DNA of 22,195 nucleotides from Atractiella rhizophila (lineage: Eukaryota): the NCBI GenBank assembly GCA_021432655.1, contig MU271355.1, positions 62,001-84,195 on the forward strand, in the 5' to 3' direction. This document shows, one piece after another, positions 11,327-20,659 of the stretch. The position numbers and the translations under genes are program-made. A model generated the notes under the pieces. The model was not told the origin of the DNA and searched no databases. It was given only the letters and a program-made list of their open reading frames with translations. The number at the start of each line of letters is the position of its first letter. The stretch's first letter is position 1.

Positions 11327-11393
11327 CTGAGAGAGCTTGGGAGAGCGGTTGGTTAATGAGTGTTGGTGATCACGGCGCGACTCAGTGACTTAC
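11327..11393 (-). other. Candidate 5' intron of ORF1 (67 nt; alternative acceptor at 11336)
   Basis: Perfect GTAAGT donor, ATTAAC branch-like site, pyrimidine tract and CAG. The downstream frame is open into ORF1 (ALLSTLFDRIRSLSP), but the ATG at 11403 is out of phase by one base. Confidence 0.55.
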
Positions 11394-11442
11394 TCAAGTG
11401 CATTGGACTAGGACCAGAATTTTGGTTTCTGGGCTTTTAAAT

Positions 11443-11508
11443 GTTTATTTCTCTCGTACGAAAGGTTATTTCCCTCGTACGAAAGGTTATTTCTCGTACG
11501 AAGGGTTT
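11443..11508 (+). repeat. Tandem array of ~21-bp CTCGTACGAAAGGTTATTT units (3 copies)
   Basis: ctcgtacgaaaggttatttcc / ctcgtacgaaaggttattt / ctcgtacgaagggttt. Confidence 0.9.
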
Positions 11509-14289
11509 CCTGTAAAAGTGTTACCGCCATATCCCACGAAACCTATCACGCTTTCACTTCGCTGCGTTTTTCATGCAGTCCCAGCCCACCTCTCTCGCGT
11601 CCTCTCATCTGTCCCTGGTCTCCTTCACTCTGGCCGGTCCTGTCAGGATTTTGGCGCGTTGAGCGTCATTCATTGCCACCTGTTCTGTGGCAGTTTTTCT
11701 TGAATGTTCTGGACTTCCATGCTTACCAACGTTTGCCAAAGGTATAAAAGCACCAGATTCTTTATTGTAATACCATGAACTTGTAATTTCATCAGGTCCC
11801 TCTCCTGTTTTAGCACTCCCCCAGCCCCAGCCCCGCCCTCTTTGCATTCCTCTTTCGTCTTAGCTATCCCCCACTGTCCTCTTTCCTCATGCACCTCCCC
11901 ACACGCGACGGCCGATGTAGTCGGTAGCGCTGGTGTGAGCAAGTGATGAGTGGACGAGTATAATTAGTGAGAAGATGGGAGGGGAAGTGAGGTGCATTTG
12001 TGAACAGATGGTACGTAATGGTAGATGAAGAGTGCAGAGATGGAAAGGGAGAGCGAAGCACGAGACGATGACAGACAACACTGACTGAGAAGGAAGATGC
12101 CAGCATTGCTGATCTGTTGACCAGAGAAAGTGAGCCTGAGGACGGCATAGCACAACAAAGGAGGCACGCGATTCAGTGGAGGCAAGAGCGAGTGAGGAAG
12201 GGCGAAAGAGTGGCCAGGTCTGGATCCTACTATGATTAACGGGGGCTAAAACTTTGAAGCAACGAGAGGTGCGAGAGAGGAGGAGGTGACCTCCCCTCCT
12301 CCCCTCCTCCTCCTCCTCTCCCTCTTTTTGCATTTGTGCTTAATGACAACGGGAACAGGTTCCTCGCCCCCTCACCAAGGACGCTCCTCATCCCAACGCC
12401 TCTTGCAGCCGCGTCCGGCCTCAGCACTGCTCACTGCTCGACCCTCCCAGCGTCCCCACTTACCTTCGCTGCCGGGGCCACCGAGCGAGAGAGCAGCGCG
12501 AGGGAAGCGTTGGAGGTAAAAGGAGACACGCAGGAGCGCCATCCTGCATCAAACTCAATACCTCCTTGCGACATATCCCACTTTCCGCTTTACGGTAACC
12601 CTCGCCTTGCTTTCTCTCGCTCCAGCATCCCTCTCCTCACCTCCGAGCTGCTCTCGCCATCCGTCCTCCTCTGCTCCTCCAGCAACTTCTGTGTACCCCG
12701 AAATGAGCTGCAAGTAAAAGCTGGAATTCGGATCGCGAAAGCAGAGGATGGAGGTGACTGAGCGGTACGGGATTGAGAATGGACGTCGGGGGGGGGGGGG
12801 GGCACGGTGTGCTTTCTCCACCGTTACCCCCTTGTTTCACCTCCCTCTCCAACATGCCCAAGCCCATTTCCGCCGTCCCTCGCTTGTGGCCACCTTGCTT
12901 CATCTTAGACATTGGAAATTAACCACGAAGCGTAGTTGGGACTTTTGATGGCGAAAGAGCTAGATTGCGGCGCAGATAAGATGAAAAAGGAGGACAGAAA
13001 GACGTCGCGGCCACCCATTCGCCCATCCCCTAGTCGTGCCGCCGTCTTTCGCCAACGCGCCTATTCTCTCGCTCTCCACCATTGGATAGGCGACGCATTC
13101 CCACTCCACCATCGCTCATCCAGCTTCTCGATCATCTTGGTAATCTAAAATCAACCCAGAGAGCGACGGGTATATCAAATGACGAAAAATGTGGACAGAG
13201 CGAACGAGTTCGGCGGGTGATCGCAGAAGGACGCGAGAATGACCGTCCAGCGTCTCCCGCCAACTCCTTTCGCCTCACTTACCGAGGGCATCCCTCTCCG
13301 CCAAGGTCCACCCTTGATTTCGCATTCCCCCAACCCCTCCGCCTTTTTTCACGTTCTGGCATTCCGTTCTGGTGGCAGTGTATTCCCTTTCTCTCCCTCT
13401 TTCCCTGCCACAAGTGTCCTAACTGACATGCGCACAAGGTCCCTTGCTCCGCGGCTCCATTTTGCTACACTTACTCCACCTCCTCTTACACTCCACCGTC
13501 TCTCACCCCTCCACCAAGCCCGTAACCGCTCGGAAGTCCAACGTGGACTGAACGTTAGAAGTCGGATAGCGAAGGGGGAGGCGGGAGGTGTCAAGGGGCC
13601 GATACTCAGCATAAGATGTCAGAGGGGAGTCTCGCACTTTCTTCACGCCTCTGTTCGCACTCCATCGCCATCTGTCACCCTGCTGTGCCGCTCCAGTGTT
13701 CCATACCGCCCTTCTATTCTCACTTCCACCTCATCCACCTCATCCTGCATCTTCCGTCCCACTCCGGCTCGCAGTCCATGGATCACCTAGAACGGACACT
13801 TGCTTCGTGACGGGATGTCAACAATGAAATGGTTGATGGACAAAGAGGAGGGCTATGTGGGCAGTGTCGGATCACACAAGTGGTCATCTAGGTCGGCAGC
13901 TCTCGTGCTTCTAAGCCTCTGCCATCCATCCCTCTTGTCTCCCGCTACCAACTCAAGTGTCATCGATGTTCTCGCAAGTAGCCTCCTCCGTCTCCTCCGT
14001 CACTCTGATCGCTAACCGCCTATCTAGCCTTCCCTCTCGCAATCAGATCATTGTGGGACGAAGCATCAATATCACAGCGTACTGCTCTAGCTCTCATTTG
14101 AATTGCAGTGTAATTTAGGTACTAGTATTGCAAAGGATTTCAGTTCATTTACATATTTTAGGATTCCCGGTGGCATTATCTGGTAGTTAAGTGCTAGTCA
14201 ACTCCCGCGAACGGTTATGCGATCTTCATCTTCACGATGGTGATATCTGATCAGCCGGATCATTGCGCGGAGAACGTCGAGATGGTTCA

Positions 14290-15168
14290 AGTTGGACAAT
14301 GCGTTGATGCGCTGCAGGCATGACCTGACCTTTCCCCTCACTTGTCTCGTTTAACATGAATTCGTGGGCTTCAGTCCCGCGCATCTTCTCAGGGAAATGA
14401 GGGCGGAGGAAACATTGATTTCACGGAAGGATGATCAGGGGACAGTCTCAATCGTACGGGTTCATCTCATCACCCCAGTAACATTACGACAAGGCATTCC
14501 GATCCACCTCTCCATTCTTCCCTCTTTCCTTTCTCGTTTACCACCACACACTCCGGATCACATTTATCTTGCCTCTTGAATTCTGAAGCGAGGGTAATGG
14601 GCCATCGAAATCGACTTATTTCTCTCTGGAAGGTCTCGAAAATGCAGTCGGAGGCGACGACACAATGAACCTTTCCATTTCCATGACTTTGGGGGAGGAA
14701 AGTATTATGGTAGCCTTTGGGGATTCCAAACATCATGCATCCGTGGATTTGGACGACCTGGACGTGAAGCCCTTCACTTGTTCGTGTTCCAGATAATCGC
14801 TCTGAGGTCATCTTCTACCCCATCGCCCAATACTCCAAGAAGGAACAATGTTTCATTCTTATCAGTGAACGGGGATCAACCATCCCATCCACCGGTCTAG
14901 GGACCACCATCCAACTCGAGATCTAGATATTAGTTCGTGCCCTATCGCAAGGCTACACAACGATATCCTCTCTCTCATCGTCGAGGTCCTATCATTCCGT
15001 AAATACGAAAACATCATCGAAGGTCGTAATGGATACCTCGTTTCCTTCCAGCGACTTTCTGCCGTCTGTCAGCTCTGGAAGGCTGTTTCAGTCCCATGTT
15101 TGGATGAAGATATTTCTATGAAGGAGAGGCATGCTCGCTTGAAAGTGTACCTAATGTTGGACGTTTCT
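14290..15168 (+). pseudogene. Decayed, 3'-truncated F-box protein gene, paralogue of the gene at 17017-19452
   Basis: Shared blocks across several frames: HLSILPSFLSRL vs YLSILPSFLSRL; YFSLEGLENAV vs CFSLECLENAI; CPIARLHNDILSLI…VCQLWKAVSVPCL vs CSISRLPIELLSRI…VCQLWKSVGAPYL. It has stops and frameshifts and ends at the copia junction. Confidence 0.8.
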
Positions 15169-15171
15169 CCT

Positions 15172-16636
15172 CTGCAGATCCTCCGAACGATTTGACGGGC
15201 GCAGGAACCCCATACATCGGTGTGGATCAGTTCGAGCTTTTCCTTTGCGCGTTCGGCGGGGCCGGAGGGGAATGGGAGTTTGCGTTGTTGACCAAGTAGG
15301 CATCCGGTGCACGGTGAGTGGTGATCCTCATCTCCCATCTCTAGTCCCCTGACCATTCCCTTTTCTTGCAACAGCTTGAGGCTCCCGCTCCCGATGTGAC
15401 CTAAACGACAGTGCCAGACATGCGAAGAGGCGGGCTTTGCGGCGCTCGTGAGTTTTGAGCTTGCGCTTTCGTTCATGATTACTGAGGCATCCAATCTTCG
15501 CAGTCCGCTTTCAGCAACGATTTCAGCGACCACAGTACCATCACCCTTCACCACCTTCCCTTGCCTGTCTGCGGAGAATACAACATCGAAACCGCGCGTG
15601 TTCACCTTGTCGGTGGAGAGGAGGGCGCAGTCGATTTCGGGGTCATAGAGAGTGTCAGTTATCTCAATTTCTCTTTCTACTCCTTTGACCTTTGTTAACA
15701 CTTTGACAGTGCCGATGCCAATTGCTTGTGTGACGATGCCGTGGGACAAGCGGATGCAACGTGAGTGGGGCTTGAGTGAGAAGCATTGATGTGGTCCGTG
15801 GCAGCGGAATTGACATAGATCCCCTCACGGTGTATCCTTTCCCCCATAACCGTGTGGAAGGCTTCTGATATTCTAGCTTCTCCAGGTTTCTCTCCTGCTT
15901 CTCTCTTCTTCTCGTGGCAGTCCCATTCCCAATGTCCTTCAATGGCACAATAATGGCATTTCCCATGCTTCTTCTCGCTTTTCAGTTTTCCTCCGCTACT
16001 CCCTCCTTTTGATTTGGTTATGTTGAGGATGTGAAGTCGGAGGTGGCAACGGTGTTGAAGGAGGAGACGACCTTGATCCAGGACTGTGGGAGTGAGATAA
16101 GTAGGAGCATAGGGATATCATCAGGTCAGTTTGGTCTCCCATCGCTTTCAACTCCTGTCCCATGGTTCTGATTCGGTTTACATGCTCCCGCATAGATTCT
16201 CCTTCGACATAACGCTGTGTAAAGCTTCTGGCGGAGCAGTACACACGCTTGTCGGTCCTGGGTCTAGTAGAGCTCCTTAAGCTTGTCCCAGACCTCTTTC
16301 AGTTTCTCAACTCCGATGTCCCGAATGTCAGTAAGTATATGGTCTTTGCAGGCTTCGATGATGATGGAGTAGGCTAGGTATGCTCGCTTCATCCAATCCC
16401 TTTGTGACGCTTCGATTGTGTTGACCCTCATGACGTTCTTTGGTTTCGCTGCCTCCGCTTCCTCGAGACTCCCTGGCTTGGGATCCGTTCCTGCAACGAT
16501 CCCCCAGCAGTTCCTTCCGAGGAGCTTAGCCTGGACTCTAAAGGACTCTAAAGCACCAGGTACGGTAATTCCCCCGTCCTTCGAGTTTCGCGATAGTCGA
16601 TGCAGCAATGAGCGATGTGTCATTACCTTCAGACAT
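15172..16636 (-). pseudogene. copia gag-pol polyprotein remnant with multiple frameshifts
   Basis: ATG at 16636 (MSEGNDTSLIAASTIAKLEG). Pieces lie in ORFs 16264..16647, 15996..16244 and 15069..15749. A 10-nt duplication at 16534-16553 shifts the frame. Confidence 0.85.
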
Positions 16637-16699
16637 CCTGGGCTCATGTCGATGCAGCAATGAGTGATGTGTCATTACCTTCAGACATCCTGGGCTCAT
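16596..16699. repeat. 52-bp tandem duplication covering the copia PBS remnant and gag start
   Basis: 16596-16647 and 16648-16699 are identical except for one C/T. Confidence 0.95.
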
Positions 16700-17016
16700 G
16701 AAGCGATGGAGAACTTGGCTAGATATGAACATAGCTCTCGCTACGATAAATGTGCGAGTGCTGCAAAGTGCGACATAACAAATAAGTATATGTTGCATTC
16801 AGTATGTAAGGAAACTACATTACCTGCGAAGTGTGAGATAACAGATAAGTATGAGTCTCGCACTTGCAGGTGAAGGGCTTTTATAGCTAAGATCCCTGTG
16901 ACAAAAGAAAAGTTGGCACAGTTCTGGAACATGCTCGACGAAAGTGGAAACATGCAAGTGCGCAAGTGGCGAAAGGAGGAGGCGTACGATCTTGTCAATT
17001 CTCGCCCTACCCCATA

Positions 17017-18825
17017 TTATTCTCCCTCTACCACCCTGCTCCTGGCCCTCTCAAACTTATCTATTATGCTCCTGACCCTCTTATCTATTGTGCTCCTGGG
17101 CCTCAATTGCCACTTATCTATTGTGCTCCTGGCAATACCAATCTCTTCCTCAAGCCACTCTCCGAAGAACAAACAAAGTTCAAGACTCTTACACGTCCTT
17201 TGGATGTCAACCACATCACCCTTCTTCTCTTCTCTCCTCCTCCCAAAGAACCAGTCGATAAAATCTATAAATCCTGACCAATCCACCACACAGAACTCAA
17301 TCCGTATTGAGTGGATTGCCTTTGCATTTTTGAGACTATCAAAGAATTGGGGGTAAATCAGATTTGAAGTTTCCTCGCCACCATCAAGATCGAGGTGGGT
17401 GAGGTGTATGAGGTGCGATAAGTCGAGTGGAGTAGGTAGGATGGAGGTTTTTCCGTCGGCAGAGAAAGGCGCAAGCTTGACTGTGAGATTTTGTAGAAGG
17501 GCGGGTAGAGGGGCGCTTGAAAAGGAGGGAGGAAGTGGACACATATTGCTGAGCCTGAGCTTTTGCAGGGACTGTGGGAGGGAGAGTGATGGGAGAGGCG
17601 GGTATTTGTCAAGATCAAGGGACATGAAGCCGTGTCGTAATTGAAGACCCGCCGATGCCGAAGTGTAAGAGTCCAAGTCCTCCACGTCGTATGCTGTGAG
17701 GTGTTTGATCCTGTCACCCATCCTCCGCATAAAGTTTTCGACCTCCTCCTTCATCCACTTTCTCCAACCGCCAGATCTAAATTTTATGTCGTCCACCCAT
17801 TTCAAGCCCTCAATTGCCTTCAATATATCCTTTGCCTCCTCCTCATTCCAATTTGCATCCATGAAAACAAGACTAACTCTCGGTGAACCAGCGATGACCC
17901 TTTTCACCATCTCAACAGCACAATTTTGATAACTCTCTAAGCTAAGCCTCGTCCACATACGTCCACCGGCACGGTACACGTTGAGGAGAGTATTTTTCTT
18001 CTTGATGTACCGAGGTTCCTCTAAATAAGGGGCTCCCACTGACTTCCATAGCTGGCAGACCTTACGCAGCTTCTTGACCGTCTCGAAACTTAGGGTTGTT
18101 TTGGGCGTATATCCTTCTCTGCTGAAATAGAATATTCGAGAGAGTAGCTCGATGGGTAGTCGTGAGATAGAGCAAGTAGTATCACCTGGTGATCGGGAGA
18201 GTGAGAATTGGATGATGAAGGCCGCCCTCGCACTGCATGGAATTGACGATGGTTCGAAATCACTCATGGGTATAAAGCGCGCAATTCTTGAAGAGTATAC
18301 GGCGACAGGGGCATAGATGCCGTTAGAGCGATGTTCTGGCAGGAGATGAAACATGAGAGTGAATACGGCGGTACCACGTCGACCAAGAAGAATACGAAAT
18401 GTGTGAGTGAATGGTTCTGCCAGTGATGGCAGATGATCCGAATCGACAGGTACAGGCTTAGCCAGAACAAGTGTCCCATATTTTTTCTTTCTGATGCTTA
18501 TAACTATGCATAGATTCGCGACACCGTTTTCGATGGCATTTTCGAGACATTCGAGGGAGAAACAGGACATCGCCGATAACGCCTGCGAAAAGTGAATTAT
18601 GGAGAGCTCATGTGGAACAACAGCAACCCGAAGCATGCGAACCGATGGACATAGGCGGGATAGGAAAGAGGGAAGAATGGAAAGATAGAGCAGACTGTTG
18701 TTCCCGAAGTCTGATTGGCTGAAATATTCCGAGTAGTTGAAGAGGTTGATAAACACTTTTGACGCTGGGCCTTGGTGTATTGGTTGTTCTGGCATCGCCT
18801 GGGACAACTGTGGCCCTGAGTTCAT
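17017..18825 (-). CDS. F-box domain / LRR-like protein (602 aa); probably the 3' part of a longer ORF starting up to 19452
   Basis: Long open frame with F-box ISRLPIELLSRIF…LRKVCQLWKSV followed by LRR-like units (LPQSLQKLRLSNM, LPALLQNLTVKL, LSHLIHLTHLDLDG). Confidence 0.8.
   Translation of the reverse strand: MNSGPQLSQAMPEQPIHQGPASKVFINLFNYSEYFSQSDFGNNSLLYLSILPSFLSRLCPSVRMLRVAVVPHELSIIHFSQALSAMSCFSLECLENAIENGVANLCIVISIRKKKYGTLVLAKPVPVDSDHLPSLAEPFTHTFRILLGRRGTAVFTLMFHLLPEHRSNGIYAPVAVYSSRIARFIPMSDFEPSSIPCSARAAFIIQFSLSRSPGDTTCSISRLPIELLSRIFYFSREGYTPKTTLSFETVKKLRKVCQLWKSVGAPYLEEPRYIKKKNTLLNVYRAGGRMWTRLSLESYQNCAVEMVKRVIAGSPRVSLVFMDANWNEEEAKDILKAIEGLKWVDDIKFRSGGWRKWMKEEVENFMRRMGDRIKHLTAYDVEDLDSYTSASAGLQLRHGFMSLDLDKYPPLPSLSLPQSLQKLRLSNMCPLPPSFSSAPLPALLQNLTVKLAPFSADGKTSILPTPLDLSHLIHLTHLDLDGGEETSNLIYPQFFDSLKNAKAIHSIRIEFCVVDWSGFIDFIDWFFGRRREEKKGDVVDIQRTCKSLELCLFFGEWLEEEIGIARSTIDKWQLRPRSTIDKRVRSIIDKFERARSRVVEGE
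17056..17132. repeat. Three ~20-bp repeats encoding RS(T/I)IDK at the F-box protein C-terminus
   Basis: cttatctatt(a/g)tgctcctg at 17056, 17080 and 17113. Confidence 0.85.
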
Positions 18826-19452
18826 TGGATCAGACCGAATTTGGGAACAAACGTCGAATCATGTACCGTTAAGTTCATGTTCGAAAATTGTACTACCTTG
18901 ACTGCTGGTTCTCAACGAAAACTCCAAATCTACTAAGTGATGAATGGCTCGATCAGATGGTCGTCTGTCGAAGTATGCTGTGTAGGAGTCTTCCATTCGA
19001 GAGCTGGTGGGTAGGTGCATACTGCTCGGAGCGTTCGAATAGTCGTCTGCAAGGTATGAGAAGGGAGGACGCGCAGTCGCGAACAAAGTCGAAAGTTCGG
19101 ATGCGTTGGTGGGAGTTTGAATGCTGGTTGAGTGCGAAATGAAGTTTTGATGGCGATCTTGCATAAACAAGGCTGTGGCACTCGCGCCTGGCCCTTGATC
19201 TGCAAGTCGGATTGATGGTCGCTGCCCAATCGTTTCCTGAGAAAAGATAACAGACCACAGCCCAAGACTTATGTTAGATGCGATGAGAAGAAGAAAAGAG
19301 AGATCAGGCCACCATTCTATCCTCCCCCACCGAAACTTGTGCCATTTTGATGGATTCCACTTGATGTCTGCAAATCGACTCTGGAGAAGAAATAACTGAT
19401 GAGATCGGTTGGACATGGATTCGCTGAGGGCATTGTCCGGGACGTTGGACAT
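18826..19452 (-). pseudogene. Probable N-terminal part of the F-box gene, cut off by one in-frame TGA (18859-18861)
   Basis: ORF 18859..19452 is in the same frame as 17017..18825, with 33 open nt between them. The DLEFSL…FEHELNG segment resembles DLTFPL…V*HEFVG in the + strand paralogue. Confidence 0.5.
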
Positions 19453-19640
19453 TTAAGTGATGGAAGAGAACAGCAATTGAAGCGCAAAACCCATGACATC
19501 ATAAATCCTTTCGGGTGGATGAGTCACAGCTTTGATCGATTACTGTGTTCGAAACGCCTCGAATGTTGCTATGATGCGCAAATTACGCAGCCAATCTGTT
19601 GCGAAATTGCGAAGTCGCTTCATAATTGTGCACCCTTAGT

Positions 19641-19980
19641 TTCGTGCGAAAGGTTATTTTCTCGTACGAAAGGTTGTGGTCGCTCGCACGGAGGGTAATC
19701 CCTCTGGTCCGGCTTCTAGTGCGAAAAGGATGGTTGTGAATGAAACAGTCATCTCACGAAACGATCATATTCAATAATTCAGGAGATTACCCTTTCATAC
19801 GTACCGAAGGCAAGGTCCTGCACAGTACGCCTCACTGACTCAGCGATGATGACTGCAGGAGACGTTTCCGAGATCAGCATATCCAGCGCTCAGAACACTC
19901 GATTTTAGCGCAGTAGAATTGTTTGCTCAACGGCAGGGTCATCCCTCAGAAAGGAGGTGAATAACCTTTCGGGCACGAAA
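19641..19980. repeat. Same 21-bp repeat: two direct copies at 19641-19675, further degenerate copies, and an inverted copy at ~19959-19980
   Basis: ttcgtgcgaaaggttatttt ctcgtacgaaaggtt … gaataacctttcgggcacgaaa (reverse complement tttcgtgcccgaaaggttattc). Confidence 0.7.
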
Positions 19981-20659
19981 GCATTGTGAAACAGGAAGGC
20001 GTGGATCCGCAGAATCATTTGCAAAATTAGTGTCGTTTGTCGCTCGTCATCAACATCATCCGGCCACCTTACGCGTCGCAACGTGGCGCAGGCTGGCGCG
20101 TTTGGTCATGCGTCAGTATTCAACAACCGCCGTTTTGACATGTCTTTCAGGCAAATTCCTATGTTCTAATGTGCACCCCAGGATGTGTGTTCTCATTCCT
20201 ACCTATTACGCTCTCTTTCGAAACAGAATGCCCAAGAAATCATTTGCTACGTGCACGTGATCTGCGACCTTCATGGATAATGACGTAAATTTGCCACCCG
20301 GCAAGTGGCCGGCATGAAGTTGACGACGAGCAACAAACGACACTAATTTTGCAAATGACTGCATGGAATTTATTCCAAAGCACCATCTTCGATTTTGTTC
20401 CCATTTACTAAGGATATAGGAGATTATCGGTCGTCGATCTCGTACGAACGACTAAAGGACATGTGCCCATTTCATTCTGTGATCCCTGATGCAGCTAAAG
20501 AGCCCAATCGTGAAGAGCCGAATCGATCGCCATGTACAAGTAGGCAACTGCAACTTAGCCCAAAGAATCTTCGCGTTCGTGCAGTGAATGACCGCTGATG
20601 AAGTGAATGCACCAAACAGTCGAGGGGCACAACGTTTGTTTATTCTCCGTTGCCCGCTC

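Larger units (their letters stand above)
4217..11442 (-). mobile_element. Tyrosine-recombinase retrotransposon (DIRS order, Ngaro-like), near full length, intron-containing; ends approximate
   Basis: Ordered minus-strand ORFs: ORF1/gag with CCHC and CCCH-type Zn motifs, then RT plus RNase H, then YR. No protease, DDE integrase or LTR seen. Coding span is 4516-~11300. Boundaries were set at the flanking 21-bp arrays because no split direct repeats were found. Confidence 0.9.
15170..17000 (-). mobile_element. Ty1/copia LTR retrotransposon, 5' half only (LTR-like region, gag, protease, start of integrase); degenerate
   Basis: Gag KLEGRGNYRTWCFRVQAKL…WGIVAG; EGESMREHVNRI; Zn knuckle CHYCAIEGHWEWDC (15917-15958); protease site IYVNSAATDH (D to N); GAG-pre-integrase WHCRLGH…CTGC; integrase LELIHTDVWG/PAPVKSFGG, then truncated. 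PBS remnant ATGAGCCC; TATAAAA at ~16880. Confidence 0.9.

Noticed and set aside
11443..11508. CRISPR-like repeats
   Set aside because: Units are contiguous with no unique spacers, there are no cas genes, and the context is eukaryotic.
12788..12802. G15 homopolymer
   Set aside because: Simple repeat with no supporting context.
15155..15170. TGTTGG as the end of the copia 3' LTR
   Set aside because: The stretch aligns with the paralogous F-box gene (gtgtac..ggacgt, VYPNVGRF vs VYRAGGRM), and no LTR body or target duplication is visible.
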